64,000 nucleotides of DNA, taken from the NCBI RefSeq assembly GCF_964204865.1, contig NC_135260.1, forward strand, positions 15,706,478-15,770,477. Direction: 5' to 3'. The notes under the pieces are model-generated. The model was not told the origin of the DNA and did no database searches. It saw nothing but the letters and a program-made list of their open reading frames with translations. Below are positions 1 to 15,720 of the stretch, in pieces. How positions within the stretch are numbered: the first letter of the stretch is position 1; each line of letters starts with the position of its first letter. The stretch is from Styela clava (Eukaryota). A program made the position numbers and the translations under genes.

Positions 1-3000
1 GTTTATAGTCCGTAGTTTGAAAATATTCGAACGCCTGCTGAGTAGCACCGTTAAATGAAAAAAAAAAAGTTAAATTATACCAATACCTGAGTTACACCAC
101 CAGTTTGGTGTTTCCTCTTTTGGGTCTGGCGTTCTACTGACTGATTTGACTGAATGCTATTAAACAGAAGCCAGAGCCCGGCCTTTTTTCGGCAATAAAT
201 TCTGGTTTCAGTGCAGTAGAACAAAGTCATAGCGCCTATTTAATCCGGCAGATTGAGCATTTCCGTCGCTAAAAAATTTAACAAAAGCGGCATCGATGGC
301 ACTGGTACCGGATTGACTGAGAACCTTGGTATGAATATCATCTCTCGTAAAGATCAGCGCTTTATTCTGCGACATTGTTTGTCTTCATTGATTTCAAGGT
401 CCATGTCGACAGATGTTATCCTATGTGGTTTGGCGACAAACCAGCCAGGTAAAATTGACAAATTCCCAGGTTAAAAAATAAAGGAAAGTTTGTAGATGAT
501 ACATATTCAGATTTCGCATCTCGAAATGAAATTATGTGTGCTCACTTTGCTCAAAGGCTGGTTATTACGATGTAGAATCCAATATTTTGCATCAAAAATT
601 GCGATTACGTATACAGGATAAAATACCTAGTGAAATCGATGCGCTTTCTGAAAAGGTCGCATTAGTCAGTAAATGCTGTTATCCGTTGTATTTACTGATG
701 CATTTCGGAAACCGAATCTGATCCACCGAATTTCAGTTTCGAGAACTCGTTTCGGCGAGGATAGGAAAAAAAATTAAGTACAAAATATAATAAAAAAAAA
801 GTTTTTTTTTTAAATTGAATCAATTGTTCCGTAGTGATATTTTTAGAAGTATTTCTAGAACGGTGGTTCCAAGTGGTCTTTACTAATTAAATGCATATTT
901 CAGGTGGCAGCGTTTAGTTGAGTCAGTAGGAACTTATCCAATGTACATCAATTTCAAGCAATTTCAATTTCAAGAACTTAATTGGGCATTGGGTTGGTCC
1001 AATAGATGGCAAACCAGCCTGATCTAAAGCCACGCGTTGGCGCAATATGCACAAAAATAGCGTTGAATATCATGCCCCGTGAGATATGGGGGACTGAATA
1101 AATAAAAATACAAATAATAGCCATATAGCAACTTTTTCTAACTTAAGCACTAATATTTGTAAATCGATTAGTTTATTAGTTTAGAATAAAGTGATTTTTC
1201 AGAATAACAGCACCAATTTCACAAAACAATGCATTCATATGAAATTCTTCATGTTCAATAAGTCTTTTTCGCAAACGCTAATAAGGTAAGGCTGTCGAAA
1301 CTTCAAAGCACGAGATACGGTCAAAATTCAGTCATTCATGTACAAATTATCTCCGAGTTTCGGTTATAATACCGACGCTGAAAATTTTTTTTTCATCTTA
1401 TTCGAGGGTTTGATTTCGATTTATTGTTTAATTATTAAGCAGATATATTAATAGTATTTCATCGCGATGAAATATAATTTTGTTTTGTGCCATCTAGGTG
1501 TTGTTAGGTATTATCTTTTCCCTTTTGTTTAGAGTTGTAGAACGTTGGAATTGGTTTAGTTTATGAAATTGTCTCTCATCATAATTGAATTTTAAAATTA
1601 TCTGAATGGGTGCGACTTGTTGTGACGACAAGGTTCGGGAAAATGCTTTGGGCAAAACTAGAAACCAGGGGCCCCATTCGCGAAACTTCCTCATCAATTA
1701 ACGTGTTTGTAAAGCATCCACTTTCTCGTAAAACGAAAAAATGGTCTTCACGACGGATAGTTAATATTCGAGAGAATTTTTTGAGCGTAAAGTGCCGTAT
1801 TCTCTCATTTTACCGAGAATGGGTATTCACCAAAGTTCTTTGACATGCTGGAGTGCTCGCAAACTAACGAGGGGAAAATTTTCTTCGTTAATAGTAGTTC
1901 GGCTTGCTCTTAGCAAGTTGCAAGTTGAAATGTATGTTGTTTATTTGCCTCAAAAATGTAACAGTATCCGCATAATATTTAAACGGTATAACAGAGACAT
2001 ACATGTTCAAGACCTTACTGGCCCAAGACACGGATGTGCGATATGCACCCCGACAAATGCTGTGGCGTTTGCATACCTCATGAAAAATTGGTATCAAAAA
2101 TCCCTAACTTGTATAAGAGTGACAGTAGTCTAGTAGCTGTGGTCCCACCTATGTATGCCAACTCTATTCACCGGAATACAGGTATCTAAGACTAACTCAA
2201 TTCAGCAATTGGTACCTATTTTATTGTCTGGTACAGAAGTAGTTTAACAATATGTACGCCAGAACTTTATCCATAGATCACTGCTATATGCCCCAAACTT
2301 TAAAACACAGGCTGCAAAAAGTAAAACAGAGACAAAATTGATTGAGAAGTCGTTGCAAAATAGGCTTGTCCGCTTCGGGTAACTGGCGAGCGGCGGTGAG
2401 TGATACGGTTGAGTGATCTTACAGTGGTTTTGTTTAACGATGACCGTGCGTGAGATTTCGAGAGAACTTGCGTGGCCGTGCGTAAAGTGTTTACGAGATC
2501 TTTCGTGAATCGCACTTAACGAGATTTCGCAACTGGATTTTTGAAAGACAAAGTTACGTGCTCGTAAACGCGGATTTTTACGAAGTTTAGCGAATTTGTT
2601 TTATTTGTGCACGTTTAACGAAACATTTTACTCATATTGCATGAGAGGTCAGTAATCATTGCGCCACTATCACGCATAATAAACTTCCCGATTGTTGTTT
2701 ATACGCACGTTATGGGTCATCAGGCTCACGTTATCGAATTACGTCCATCTCTTACTCCCCAATAACAACAAATAAAAATAGGAGATGAACGAAAAATAAT
2801 CTAGAAATGCTATGTCACAAGATAAATATATATTGTTCCTATGTAGACATATAAACATGAGGTATAAATGAAATCGAACATTCACGATGACAACGATTTC
2901 ATAACATTTAGAAGCGATGACGTCGCCACTGACCCTATTGCGTGACAAAGAAAGAGGAACGAGGAAAATATATTGCTCTAATAGAAACTGCTGAATCGAA

Positions 3001-6000
3001 AGGAAATAATTACAAAAGAAGACAATAGGTATATAACCGCGGAGGTCAAATGTTAAAATCGTGTTTTTATGAATTAAAATGAAACAAAGGCAATATTTGG
3101 GGAAATTATTCCGTGAATAAATTCAAAAAATGATAGCAATCTAGCGACAAATTGCTTCAAAATTGCTAATTTTCCAAAATATTCTTGAATAATTTCAAAC
3201 TCGCTTTGTATCCTAGATGTACAAAGACAACTTTGTCTTGAGCAGAATTTGTGACACTCCCGTAGTATGTGTACCAGGTTCGGGTAAGGCCATAATTTTA
3301 TTCTGATTTTCTTATTTTATTTCTATTACGAGTTCGGGGACCGTCTGTGTTAGCCAAGTGAATACTCCCTGCCCATAGGTTTCAGTCTCTTTACACAACT
3401 TGATGACAACAGGCGAACAAAATTAGTTACCTCCATATTGTTACACATACTTCTGGAGTGCCGAATTTGTTTTATGAAGTAACCACAATGACTTGAGTGT
3501 TATCTGTGATTAACTAAAACGTTCTGTGATTTTTTTTACTACACTGGTTACTACAATATGGCTGGGATGAGAACCCTCAGCAAAACTCGAACTCCGATCT
3601 AACCCAAAATTTCTAATACAAAAACTTAAATTTTCAAATAGATTTTAAAATATAAATAGCCTCAGATCAATAATACAAACAAGGCGGGTCAATTGGAGTC
3701 ATTTATACAATCTTTTTGTTGTTTGAATCTCAATTCGATTCACCCGACCCGCTATACAATTGCAACTTCATACATGAGAGAAACCTGAAACCTGATATTA
3801 GTTTCTATGTCGTCAGCATAAGATTTCCAATTCTTTTGGGGTTTTAAAACTCGTAACCTAAAACGAAACCCAATACATTGGGACACTCGTAGTAAGGCAA
3901 TTTAGGTTTTGAATTGTCATGAATGACTTGGAGAACCTGTCTTGTGAATTAATCGGTTCCATAAACAAAATGGCGATGGTGAATAATAAATGGCAATAAA
4001 GTGACTAATTCCCTAATTTTATTGAGTCCTAAATTAATATTTACAATTTTAAAACATGCTCTTAGGCGGTTTCTCACAGTATGAAATGGACAAATATTAT
4101 TTTATTTGATATTTTTCTGATTTCCTATTTTTGTTACAATTAAAACAAAGCTTTATAAATGTAGCCACGTTGTTTTTGGAAGTGTCGGGATTTTTCCGTT
4201 TCAGTATATAAAGCCTATACCTATTTTTTTTAACGTGAAACGTGGTGTGGTGCATGGGTTTCGACCCGAGATTTATCATATATTATAGTAGTAGTATCAT
4301 ATCGATTAGCACTCGGAATGCATATACATGTATTGTTACACAATGACGATGTATTCACGAAACATTCACATCGCCGAAACTTTAAGATACAATGTGCAGC
4401 ACTTTATAACTAACTAATGCATTTGGGTAAACATGTGTGTAGTACTTGACGAACTCATTGTAGTTTTTGTCGATAAGTAAATATCTACAGTTTTTCGATA
4501 CGATTTGGTAATGATGAGCAAATTTAGCTTAGGAGTGAGAACTTTACGGCAAGGCATGATGCCAGGTATTCACATTGGCTACAGTAATTGTCATAGTATT
4601 AGAATACTTTTTACAGTACTAAGTTGTGAGTATAGCACACAAGCACAGTGGTTTTCAACCATTTTGATGAAGCGAAACTCCAATGAAACATCCCGAAGAC
4701 ATGTACAATAGATTTTCATAAATATATAAAAGCAAACCTAATATCGGCAAAACAAAATGGAAGTGAAGCAAGTTTAATAATAGTGGCAAACCTAATATAT
4801 ATGTATTTGAATATATTTAAACAGTATACATGTTTTAATATAGACACTGGGATTGGAATAGAAACTTGCGGAACCTGGGCTGTGCTGGCTGAACCCCAGA
4901 GAGACGCGGAACTCCGTTTGAAAACCTCTGGGCCGTATAAACTTTTCGGATTTTTATTGGTTCGCGTAATGTTTCTAACTGTTAATCTACATCAACATCC
5001 AACCATATCATTACTAACTTTACAGACCCCCGCCAACGCCTTTTGTAAATAGTACAAGTATATGGGGCAACTTATAAATTATCAACAAAAAAGTCTTTTG
5101 AACATGACAACCACATGCCTATAGGAGAGCGTACTGATTCTAACAATAGTGAATATCGATTAAATACTAAACCATCCACTTGGCGAGGAGATTGGCTGAT
5201 ATATTGTATTGTAAGCACAAATCTAAACAAAGACAATTTTATTCATTGAAGAAGATGATTCAAGCTGGACCATCGCAAATATGTGAAATTTAATATCAGT
5301 TGTGGATAACAACGAAAACAGTATTATTGTGATGTTAATTTTGAACAGGTTGTGAAATCCTCCGGACTATGATACCATACCACATGATTATATAAGGGTG
5401 TGACTTCTGTTGCCACACCCATGACTTTCAGTCTTTCATTCTGTACATACACGAAAATATATAACGAATTATCTAATCGCATTTTATTGTTAACATATTG
5501 AGATCCAGAAGAATGGTACAGTGGCCGATTTATTACTACGATCAAATACGTTTTAACTACATTTTAAACTTCCGTAATATAATTTGACCATGTAGTGAAG
5601 GTTAATGCTGTTTAAGGTATTACATATGCGAACAATGCTGCTTTTCCTCCATATCAATACTCGAAATAAAATGAAAAAACAATACACAAAATATTTCATT
5701 ACATGGGGAGATTAAAATATTTTAAATTTATAATAATTCAAATATAACAAGTTGAATTATGAGTTGAATTTTAAGATGAATTTATAATTGATACATTGAT
5801 AACAATTTATTTCTAATTGAAACAATAACGACAACAATATACCAAAATATTTTTTTTAATTATCTATTATACTATTAGAAAAAAGTGTCGGTTTCGAGAG
5901 TTTTTTTTAGGTTTACAAAATTCTTGAAGAATTTTTTTCATGCTCGTGTTGAATGGTACAAGTATCATTAGAAGAAAACGGCTCAAAGCCGAAATCATTG

Positions 6001-9000
6001 TATGAAGACTTGTTTCATTATTGACCGACGCCCTTGGTTCTTTATTCAAACCGTCGCTTTGTACAATCTACAATATATCTTTGCTTTATTTAGATATCCC
6101 CATTTTCCTTATAATCACCAATCATTGCAAGATTTTATGAATATGCAGCCTTTTTTTAAATAACGAGCAACATATATAAATATCCAAATAACACTGTAGC
6201 ATTGATATTACCGTAAATATTCAAACAAATAAATTATTCAATAGCTTTTGAAAATGAAAAACTTCCAGGTATATTAACAGTCTAACAGAATTTTATTTCT
6301 TTCAACTGAAAATATTTGTTTCATTAGAGACAACAATAATAAGGAATCCATACTTGAAGTTAGGGTTTATGAGAGTATTATGGTATTTGCGCGATTTAAA
6401 TGATAAAAGTGTTTTATCTGAATTTAATTTTATAGTCAATTTTAGGTATTCAAGCTCTTTTAATTTAGTAATGATATTATTTAACAAAATTTGTTGAAAC
6501 TCCACAAAATTTTAAACCTAACATTTCAATATTTTATAATCATAATTGCTAAATAATCTTATAAATAAAATAACGAATAATTTAGAATACTGCGGAATTG
6601 AAACATACAAATATAATAAAATATGGAAATTGGTCAAACTTTATCACTAGAAGTACAGAAATAAATTCATTAACGTGTAAAAGTGTCATTCAATAAAGTT
6701 TTAATTTTTCAGTAAGAACAGCAACTAAATATTTGTTGGCATTGTAGTTACTATAATTCAAATATAATATCTCAACTACTTTCTGTGTTTAACTGAAATT
6801 TTCAAATGCAATGTATTTTTATACCAATACTTCATAGCAAATTTTTTCAAGCATAACTGTCCAAATCAAAATCATTTCATCTTCTCATTCTGCATTCACA
6901 TCTTGTTGGTATCGTCAACGTTACGTGATGACAGCTTTTTGAAGGGTTGACAAGAGAAACTCTGGTCGTTGACATTCTCATTTCAAAGCTGGAATAAAGG
7001 CAAATAAAAAATGTTTCAACTGTTCACTATTGATTTGTCCACTTGTTGTTGAATAAGGCAATTTTTTCACAACAAAACTCATTATTTTAAAATGACCTAT
7101 AGTAACTTTTGGACGCACTAAAAGATATCGTTTATATGATAAAGAACTTATGCAAACATGAAGCCTGATTCCATATATTTCTCGTTTATTTTTTATCATT
7201 TTTTTTCCTAGCTACACCACAAAGAAGAGTTCTTTCGTTTTATTATTTGGCTTTCAAATTATGTACGCAAAACTCATGCACTACCCGAAATCTTTCCCTG
7301 TAACCCTGGTTTGAAATTACTGTTCTAAGCCTGTAAGATCTGAGCCGTATTATATACAATATTACATCATTAATTTACTAGTTAGCTAGCTAATTATACT
7401 TACTTATATAATGTGCGCCTTGTTAATGGATTGTGACAAAAATTGTAGCAATTTACGACTTCAACATTTCGCGGATAATGAAGGCATTGCCAGATCCTAA
7501 GTTCATATGGCGCAAACGTGTTAAAAATTCTACTCGGGTTCCGTTTCAGGTCACAGTGTTCTTCCAGCCATCTGTAAAGATTCAAATCAAAAATTATTTC
7601 TGTTGAAAGAATAGTTGATTTGATTACTTTTTATCACCGTTGGGTTCTTACAGTAAACGTGCAGGGGAGGTGACACGACACACGACGTCAAATTAATATA
7701 GGATTAGGGTCTAGAATTCAAATGAGATAATCTCTCAAATAATGACAATCGAGTAAAAACGATCTATAAAATGTAATGAATCTTGGACGATTATAATTTT
7801 TTTAAAGGCTGATACTACCTATATCAACATTTGTGTATCGAAAATACCACAGTAAACAATATTACAGTAAAAATAGGTAATATTTCAAGAACGTTCACAT
7901 TGACATTTGTAATGACATGATGAATGCTCTTTAACAAAACTGCATTTTAATCAATATAAATATTTCTCAAATTTCCTTTCAAGTAATAATTAATAAATCA
8001 ACACTGTTTACTTACTCCATACTGTCTTCAAGAAGCATGTGTCGATGATATTTTGTTGGTGCAGGGAGTACACCACTTAACAAACTCCAAATAACGCAGC
8101 TGATTATGATAAAAGATTTCATCTGAACAAAAATATAACAAGTTGAGTAAAATGAAACAAATTAGTTACTCTTGACACGTTCTGAAAATTTGCTTCATTT
8201 AAAATGCTAAGTGAAATTATTAACTAAATTGAAAAAAGAATCAACGAATCTTTCAATCCATCAGTTACACGCATCTCTCTTTTAAATACACCAATACATT
8301 TTACGTTGGTTCTAATGATTTAAAAATAAATAGACTTTATTTTCTAAGACTATGAATATGAACAAGATTGCTGTAAAAATTATAAGGTTTAATCATTTCT
8401 CTTCTAAAATTTTATCGACGTCATTGCTACGGTAGACATTAGTTATAATTCGTCAATTTTCTATGACAAAATATCCATGCTAATATTGTTGCCGGAGAAA
8501 TATTTTTCTTTTCTAGCCGTCTCGACCTAAACTTTTTTAATTCTGTTGGCAACCGCTATTTTCCGACATTTCTGAGATGAAAGTATGCGGGTTCATATTC
8601 GTTTCCAACTCTTGTATCAGTTTTTAGTTATTTCACATTGAGGCTCGTGACCTTGTTTCGAGCAGAAGAAAAAATTATTTTAAGTTATATTTTATCCTAC
8701 ATTTTATACAGTCCAAGCTTCGCTGTTGATATCTTGTGCTTCCGTCTGTGATAACTGAACATGTGATATCTCCGTGTTGAAGATCCTTCCTTTTTATGCA
8801 TCACATTCCAATTTTTGTTCACCGCAAATTTCCGGTGAATCTTTCATATGTCTCTATGAATGGAAAACTACATTATATTGTTGAACGTGGTGTGAATTTT
8901 CCAAAAAGTTTCTCGTTTCATGTCTCAGCCCAACTAATTTATCTAATTAATTGAAGCGAGAGAAACTTTCCTGGCATATTTCTTAAGAGGTAAAATCCTG

Positions 9001-12000
9001 AGCCAATCGTTTTGTGTCGTGAACATTTTTGATGACGTATGTCTGACCCTTTTTCTTATTCTTTTGTTCAGAGTCTAACTTTATAACAAAAACATGGGGG
9101 TTTTCATTGATCAAACGCGAGTAAAAATGTAAGGGGGATTTTTATAGAAGATGCTCGTAATACAAATTGTACAAACATCATTGTTGTCAATGTTTAGCAA
9201 CTTTTATATCACATTGCACGCGAAAGGATGCAAATTGACAAAAGATCTTTTATCGCTAATTCCTAGCTAATTCAAATTTTTGCAGCTATAGGTTTTATTA
9301 CATTGGATGTACAGTTAATGCACTCATATCCACAATCGTCGTTACATGATCAATGGTGTTCATGCTATCCTGGTAACACATTTTTATAATAAACAAACAA
9401 GATTTCGGAAATTTTTTTCTCCAATATAAAACCAAAGTTGATATATAACAGTTGGATTTTTCATATAACAACGACATATTCCCGAAAAGACATTCTTCCA
9501 AATCTCTTTGTTGACCACTCTTTTCCCCCCAAATGTGTCATGCATTTTTTCTCGTCGCATTCCAGAACGTAAAACATTCCTATTTCTAATCTAAACTCAT
9601 CATCCCTATATCCCTAAATATTGGAAGTTTACAGGGCAAACAACTCTTTTATTGTCTCTTGTTTTTCATTTAATAGGTGTATTGAAACTTGACACAAAAT
9701 AGTGACATCCAATAGTTCCATTTTTGAAATCTTTAGTAAAAATAGTGAATGACTGCTACAAAATATTTGTCTCATTTTAAATGTAACATATCTGATTATT
9801 CTCTCAAGTGCAAGACAAGTCAATTTATTTTATCAAAATTGTTACAGCATTTATTCGCTTACATTATTGCTATTCATCTTGGTATTACCAAATGGTGATT
9901 ATGTACGTAATGGAAATCTCGTCGAGTGCTCTAATAACATTATAATATTAATTTTGAAACTTTAACAAATATATGATATTGAAAACATATGTGATAAATT
10001 GAACAAAAAATTGTCTAATTAATGCTCAGTATCAATTAATGTAATCATCCATTATGTTTCGTGCAGGGTATTTTACAGACAAGAATTCCCCTGCTTTCGA
10101 CGCGCCTCAATAGCTATTCACAACTCCGCAACCCGGGATCGTCGACGCACAGGTAGAGTTGGTAACAGTATCTGGCAGGTATTGTGTTATCCGTTTCGTG
10201 CAAAAGCAATCATGTTAGTTGAAAACATAGCACATGTTTTTGTGTTTCCGATGGGGAAATTATAAAAATCCCAACTAGAACAACAAGACGCTGCAACATC
10301 CGAAGTGTTTTTTGTAGATTGTTGTGATCTTGGGGGATCAGAAAAAGGACTTTCATCAGAAAATTTTAGCGACCGGTTTGACCAGTAAAGGAGAAAATGT
10401 CAATAAAAAATATCCAAATTCTTATGTAGTGACATATGCACAATTTAGGTTCACAGGTGACATGTATGCAAATTAGGTGAATCCATGCCTCGGAATACCA
10501 TTGGCGTTAAGAAATTCTTACTTTCTTCATGTACTTCAATCTTACCATTTTATCCTAATATTCCAGTTTTGGTGTTTTTTATTTATCTCAATTCGAGCAT
10601 ATTTTGCTGGCAAGCTACATTGTATTAACCAAAATTTTCCTAATTTGAGGAAAAAAGCACTACCTCACGGATTCGGTGACGATCGAATTACACGACCTCG
10701 TCGTCAAAGATACTGTAGATAAGGTGGAATGTTCATCGTGCATTCTAATGTTATTTAACCCCCTTGTATTATTAGCATGTTGAATTCAATGAAATATGTC
10801 AATAGACCAGTCTCTTGTACGAGTGTTGAGAATAATAGTGTTTTTGATATTTTCGCGTGGGCAATATTGAATTGTGCTTCAACTGCATATTTCAATATCT
10901 ATATATCTGTATTTGAATCATTTCAATTCGATCGTACAATATACGAACATTTATCATTACTATTGTTTGCTTATTTGACTTATGAAGGAGTCAGTTGGGG
11001 ATTACTCCGCTGAAGTGCGTTAAATAGTACTGGGGTAAGAACTCGTAGAAATAGGATCCATCTTTCACTATAATATCGAAATCTTTGTTTTATATATTTG
11101 TGCACTGCTTGCTTGTTGAGGTTCACATAATATATTATCAAATCATCGTGAAATTATGAATTGAAGATTTTACTAATTGTCAATGAAAATAATCAACGCG
11201 TGAATTTAATCGATAAATGTAAGTTGACGCTCCAACAATACTTTGAAATTGCGACTCTGTTCCGCTGCCTAGCGATGGATACATAAAAAATACGACTCGC
11301 TAAAAATTTTAGGACAAAACAGTGAGAGTAGGAAATGTTATCCATCGCACACAACCTTTTCTTTCATAGTGAAAGCCTTCAAAAAAATTACCCGCGTTTC
11401 CGCCTTCTGACATATACATTCATTCCATTTCAGCTGTATCAGAAAGAATATAGCAGTTGATTGATAAGACTTTGACTTTTTCCTCGAGTTCAGAGCGACC
11501 TGCCAATAATCACCCAAATTCGGAAAGCCAAATCAAATTTATTTTCAGAAATTTAGCAAGTTTCAAACGGCGATGTTTATTGGAATTCACATTGAGACAA
11601 AAATGAAGAGTAGAGTCGTCGGCATAAATGAATGAGAGTGCAAATGAAATTATTTAGATTCCAGAAGATCATTGATAAATATTAGAAACAATGGTGGTCC
11701 AAGAATTGAGCCTTGAGGAATTCAAGAAGCCATTTACAACAACAGTGATTTTGCGATCAGACAGAATGAGTCATAGGATCGTATTTAGCACAGAACGGCG
11801 TGCCAAACTCTATCAAAAGCTTTTGTGAAATACCAATGACAATTGATTTAGGCTCACCACTTAGATCTAATGCGCGGAATATTCTTGATAAATATATGCC
11901 TATATGAGTGATACGAATACTTTGCTTATATTTGTCAAGAAACTATTAGGGTGGTTTACAATGAAGACCTCCGAGTCTGCTGAACTGGCGTCTCGACCAC

Positions 12001-12599
12001 TAAGCGCCTTCCTTAAATTGTGAGAATTGTACTGCTCAGTTAGTCATATGTTCTGATGATCACAATGATGTGATGATGGAAATAAATTTCAGCTGCTTTC
12101 ATGTGTTGAGATAGCCTTTGTATAATCATTGACTCTTGAAAAAGTTTTTTATAGATTGGTTTGATTAATTTCTTGAGCAGAGCCTTGTGTTTCTGGGTTG
12201 CATTGTTAACAGAAATTGCTGCTCTACCTATGGATCCCAAATTGTTGTCACATTCACAAAAGCTGCAGTGCGCAAATCACTGGCCCTTCGTTTCGTTTGA
12301 CGCCGTTGAATTCTTCCTCATAATCATCACGGCAAATTTTTTACGTTTACTCATTTAATCTCCTATGAAGTTCCAGATCTAAACTAAATTCAAAGTTTAA
12401 TAATTTACTGGTATATTCATTCATAAGGTTTAAAGATGAGGACACACGTCAAAATAAAGATGTTTCTCAGAAATAAGGACAAAAATATTTCCTAAAACAA
12501 AGACCTCCAAAATAGGGACATATTCAAAAAATAAGGACGGTATAGCAGCCCTGATTATAGGTCAAGTGGAGAAAAAACTTCTGTAAAAGCTACAATACT

Positions 12600-13385
12600 T
12601 GAGATGAAGTAAATGACTACCTAAAATCGCATATTTCACCCTAAAAATGGTTTTTGCTAATTTATTATATGTACTCAAATTGGAATTTTTCTAAATTTTG
12701 ATAGTTTTTGCTTTACATCAATGAAGTCTTGCTCTGGAAAAATAATCGTTAAAGTATGTTTTAAACTTGCCGTAAATTACTACCGAAAATCGCACATTTC
12801 ACCCTAAAAAAGGTTTTTGCTAATTTATAATATGTTCCCAAAATTGGAATTTTTTTAAATTTTGATATTTGTTGTTTTACATCAATAAAGTCTTGCTTTA
12901 GAAAAATAATCGTTAAAGTATGTTTCAAACTTGCCGTAAATGACTACCGAAACTCGCAATTTGACCCTAAAAATAGTTTCCGCTAATTTATTATATGTTC
13001 CCCAAATTGGAATTTAATAAAGTCTTGCTCTAAAAAAATATTCATTAAAGTATGTTTCAAACTTGCCGTAAATGACTACCGAAAATCGCCTATTTCATCC
13101 TAAAAATGGTTATTGGTTATTTATTATATGTTCCCCAAATTAGAGTTTTTTTAAATTTTGATATTTTTTGCATTACAACAATAAAGTCTTGCTCTGGAAA
13201 AATAATCGTTAAACTATGTTTCAAACTTGCCGTAAACGACTACCAAAAATTGCCTATGTCACCCTAAAAATGATTTTTGCTAATTAATTATATGTTCCCC
13301 AAGTTGGAATTTTTTGATGTTGATATTTTTGCGTTATATGAATAGAGTCTTGCTCTAGAAAAATAATTAAAAACTTTTTAACTTG
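12600..13385 (+). repeat. ~165-bp tandem repeat array (left arm)
   Basis: Units start near 12618, 12780, 12945, 13075 (a shorter unit) and 13240. Confidence 0.8.
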
Positions 13386-13723
13386 CAGTGATTTTTGCAT
13401 TTCAACTACAAAAATCCGGTATTTTCCTGTGTAAAAAAACTTTTTTTCTCATTTTTCATAACGACAAGGTTTTATTACAAAAAACATGTAAATTACAAAC
13501 ATTTTTTACAAATCCACAAGACCTCATCATTCTCTAGTGCGGCGGACGGAATAGGAGAAGATAAACAGGCCGGATGATACCCTTCTATGCACAAGCTGCA
13601 CTCTATAAAAAATTCCAACATTGACGGATTAGCAGCCAATTTGCATAGACAGAATACAGGTATTTTTAAATCTTCAAAACAACTTGCTTTCGGTGGAGGT
13701 CCTTGGTTGAAAAGTGGAAAAAT

Positions 13724-14326
13724 TTACTTGTTTTTAAGAAAGATATGTTGCCGAAGGTCTAATTCTTGAAAAGTTATGATATTAGGGCATTCGTCAAAGC
13801 ACAAGGCCGCGTCAAATCCTATTGCAAATGCTCCACGACCTTCTACATCTTCGCATTGACGTTGAACATTCGGAAATCTAATTTTTATGCTCCTGCCAGA
13901 GCATCTAAGCAGTTTTGAAATTTGGTAAATGTCGTCTTCGGTGTATGGCGATTGCGCGCTAGCGTAGAGATGGACCTCATCGTTACTTTTACAAAACAAA
14001 TTTGGAGGCAACAACCCAGTGGTTACCGTGTACCAACAAAATTTGTTCATACTTCGATAATGGCGTGTAAACGGTATTCCACAAAAACTAGTATAAGCCT
14101 CTATCGTCTGCAAACCATCAATACTCGGAAATTGGGATTTTAGTATGTTCATTGCATGATCAATTACTTCAGACCCGATTTGTTCCTTCTCAAGAAAAAT
14201 ATTGAAGTCGCTATCAAATACCGTTTTGGCGGTTTGGAGACGGAAACAGAGAGTGTCGAATCGTGAAACCCATGAAGACTGTTGCGGACCTGGTGTTGAA
14301 GATATGGACTGGATGTCAGTGGACAT
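13724..14326 (-). CDS. ORF internal to the repeat-flanked element. The frame stays open upstream of the first Met. It weakly resembles a Ulp1/SENP (C48) peptidase fold, apparently with non-canonical catalytic residues
   Basis: At 200 aa it is the longest ORF in the 5' third of the window. ..IGSEVIDHAMNILKSQFP.. resembles the Ulp1 L..DevIN.Y..LL motif, and ..VQRQCEDVEGRGAFAIGFDAAL.. resembles the PQQ.N..DCG.FA active-site block. The Cys and probably the His are substituted, so the peptidase is probably inactive or I have mis-assigned the family. Confidence 0.3.
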   Translation of the reverse strand: MSTDIQSISSTPGPQQSSWVSRFDTLCFRLQTAKTVFDSDFNIFLEKEQIGSEVIDHAMNILKSQFPSIDGLQTIEAYTSFCGIPFTRHYRSMNKFCWYTVTTGLLPPNLFCKSNDEVHLYASAQSPYTEDDIYQISKLLRCSGRSIKIRFPNVQRQCEDVEGRGAFAIGFDAALCFDECPNIITFQELDLRQHIFLKNK

Positions 14327-15384
14327 GAAACGATGCTTGCGTTGAAGCTGAATTGATGATTTTGCTAATAATTTTGAAGGTTTTTTAATTGGATATTTGA
14401 AAAAAGCCGATATACCGATAACGATACTATTTAATTATTACCTCAAGTGCGTAATTATTGACTTAGCCTAGTTACGCTGACTTATCGGCAAACACATAGG
14501 GATGAATGGATAAATTTCTACATCTGCGAATACGGATCTTTTGTACGAAGCCCTCGTCAATGGTGGATAATTTATATTATGTTTATAACTTCTGTATCCT
14601 AAGGCTGGGCGAAATACGGATCTCTTGCCACTAATGCAAAAATGGGAAATTTTATAAAAACACGTTGTGAAATAACAAATTTATTTATCCAGTTGCGCAT
14701 TCGGAATAATTTGAGAATTTGAAGTTCCGGTGCATACTGCATTCCTAGCGATCTTCCCTAAAAAACCTTAACTGGATTATTTCTATATATTAGCGGAGGC
14801 GGTGGTGTTTTTATGGTGGAGGCTTTGCACAAAATATCTCGAAATACTTATCTGAAGCATTATATTTTCCATATCAACCCGGCATAAAATATCATAATAG
14901 TATGTTCGGTAAGACGTAGGTTGAAATAGGGCGCTGTCGGAATTACCGAAAGAGTGGGGGGTGTAAATCCGAAAAAATCCAGAATTTCCATGAAACTGTC
15001 GCCGCAATCAGGCAGGCCACTTGTGAAAAAAAGGCCACTTTTTTGACGGATGATTTTCTGTTATGTTATGTTGTCGGGTAATGATTTTGCAGTTGCGCAA
15101 AGTATTCAATTGGCGACTAATCCGAGTCTATTTATAATGTCTTGCTTTATAATTTAATTGTCTTTTTAATGTAACCTGCGGTTGCGTCAACAAAATAAGA
15201 ACATTACTACGTAAATCACGGCAATCAACGGTCATAAAAAGTGTTCCAAAGTGTCCGACTAGATTTAGTTTTGATTCGTACTTTTTCGATGTTATTAATT
15301 ATACAAATTTGTTCTTGCAATACTGACTCCGCTTTATTGCACTGATACCACCCAAGATTATTTTTAAGATATTAACGTTAGAAA

Positions 15385-15720
15385 AATCCTTAGGTCTGCG
15401 ATTTTAGGGTGAAATATGTGATTTTCGGTAGTCATTTACGGCAAGTTTGAAAAATACTTTAACGATTATTTTTCTGGAGCAAGATTTTATTGATGTAATG
15501 CAAAAAATATCAAAATTTAAAAAAATTCTAATTTGAGGAACATATAATAAATTATCAAAAACCGTTTTTAGAGTAAAATATGCGATTTTCGGTAATCAAT
15601 TACGGCAAGTTTGAAACATACTTTAACGATTATTTTTCTAGAGCAAGACTTTATCGTTGTAATGCAAAAAATATCAAAATTCGAAAAATTCAATATGGGG
15701 AACATATAATAAATTAACGA
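15385..15720 (-). repeat. The same ~165-bp tandem repeat in reverse-complement orientation (right arm)
   Basis: gattttagggtgaaatatgtgattttcggtagtcatttacggcaagtttgaa.. is the reverse complement of the left-arm unit. Confidence 0.8.

Noticed and set aside
1-12000. A gene or operon-like system in the first 12 kb
   Set aside because: No ORF exceeds ~110 aa, and none shows domain-like composition. I saw only a MITE fragment (3250-3360), homopolymer runs and a weak CG-richer patch (~10080-10190). I treat it as intergenic or intronic sequence.
12600-15720. Possible CRISPR array, given regularly spaced repeats
   Set aside because: Units are ~165 bp and contiguous with no unique spacers. The context is eukaryotic. 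This is tandem satellite or TE-arm DNA. The same applies to 44568-44780 and 50225-50715.
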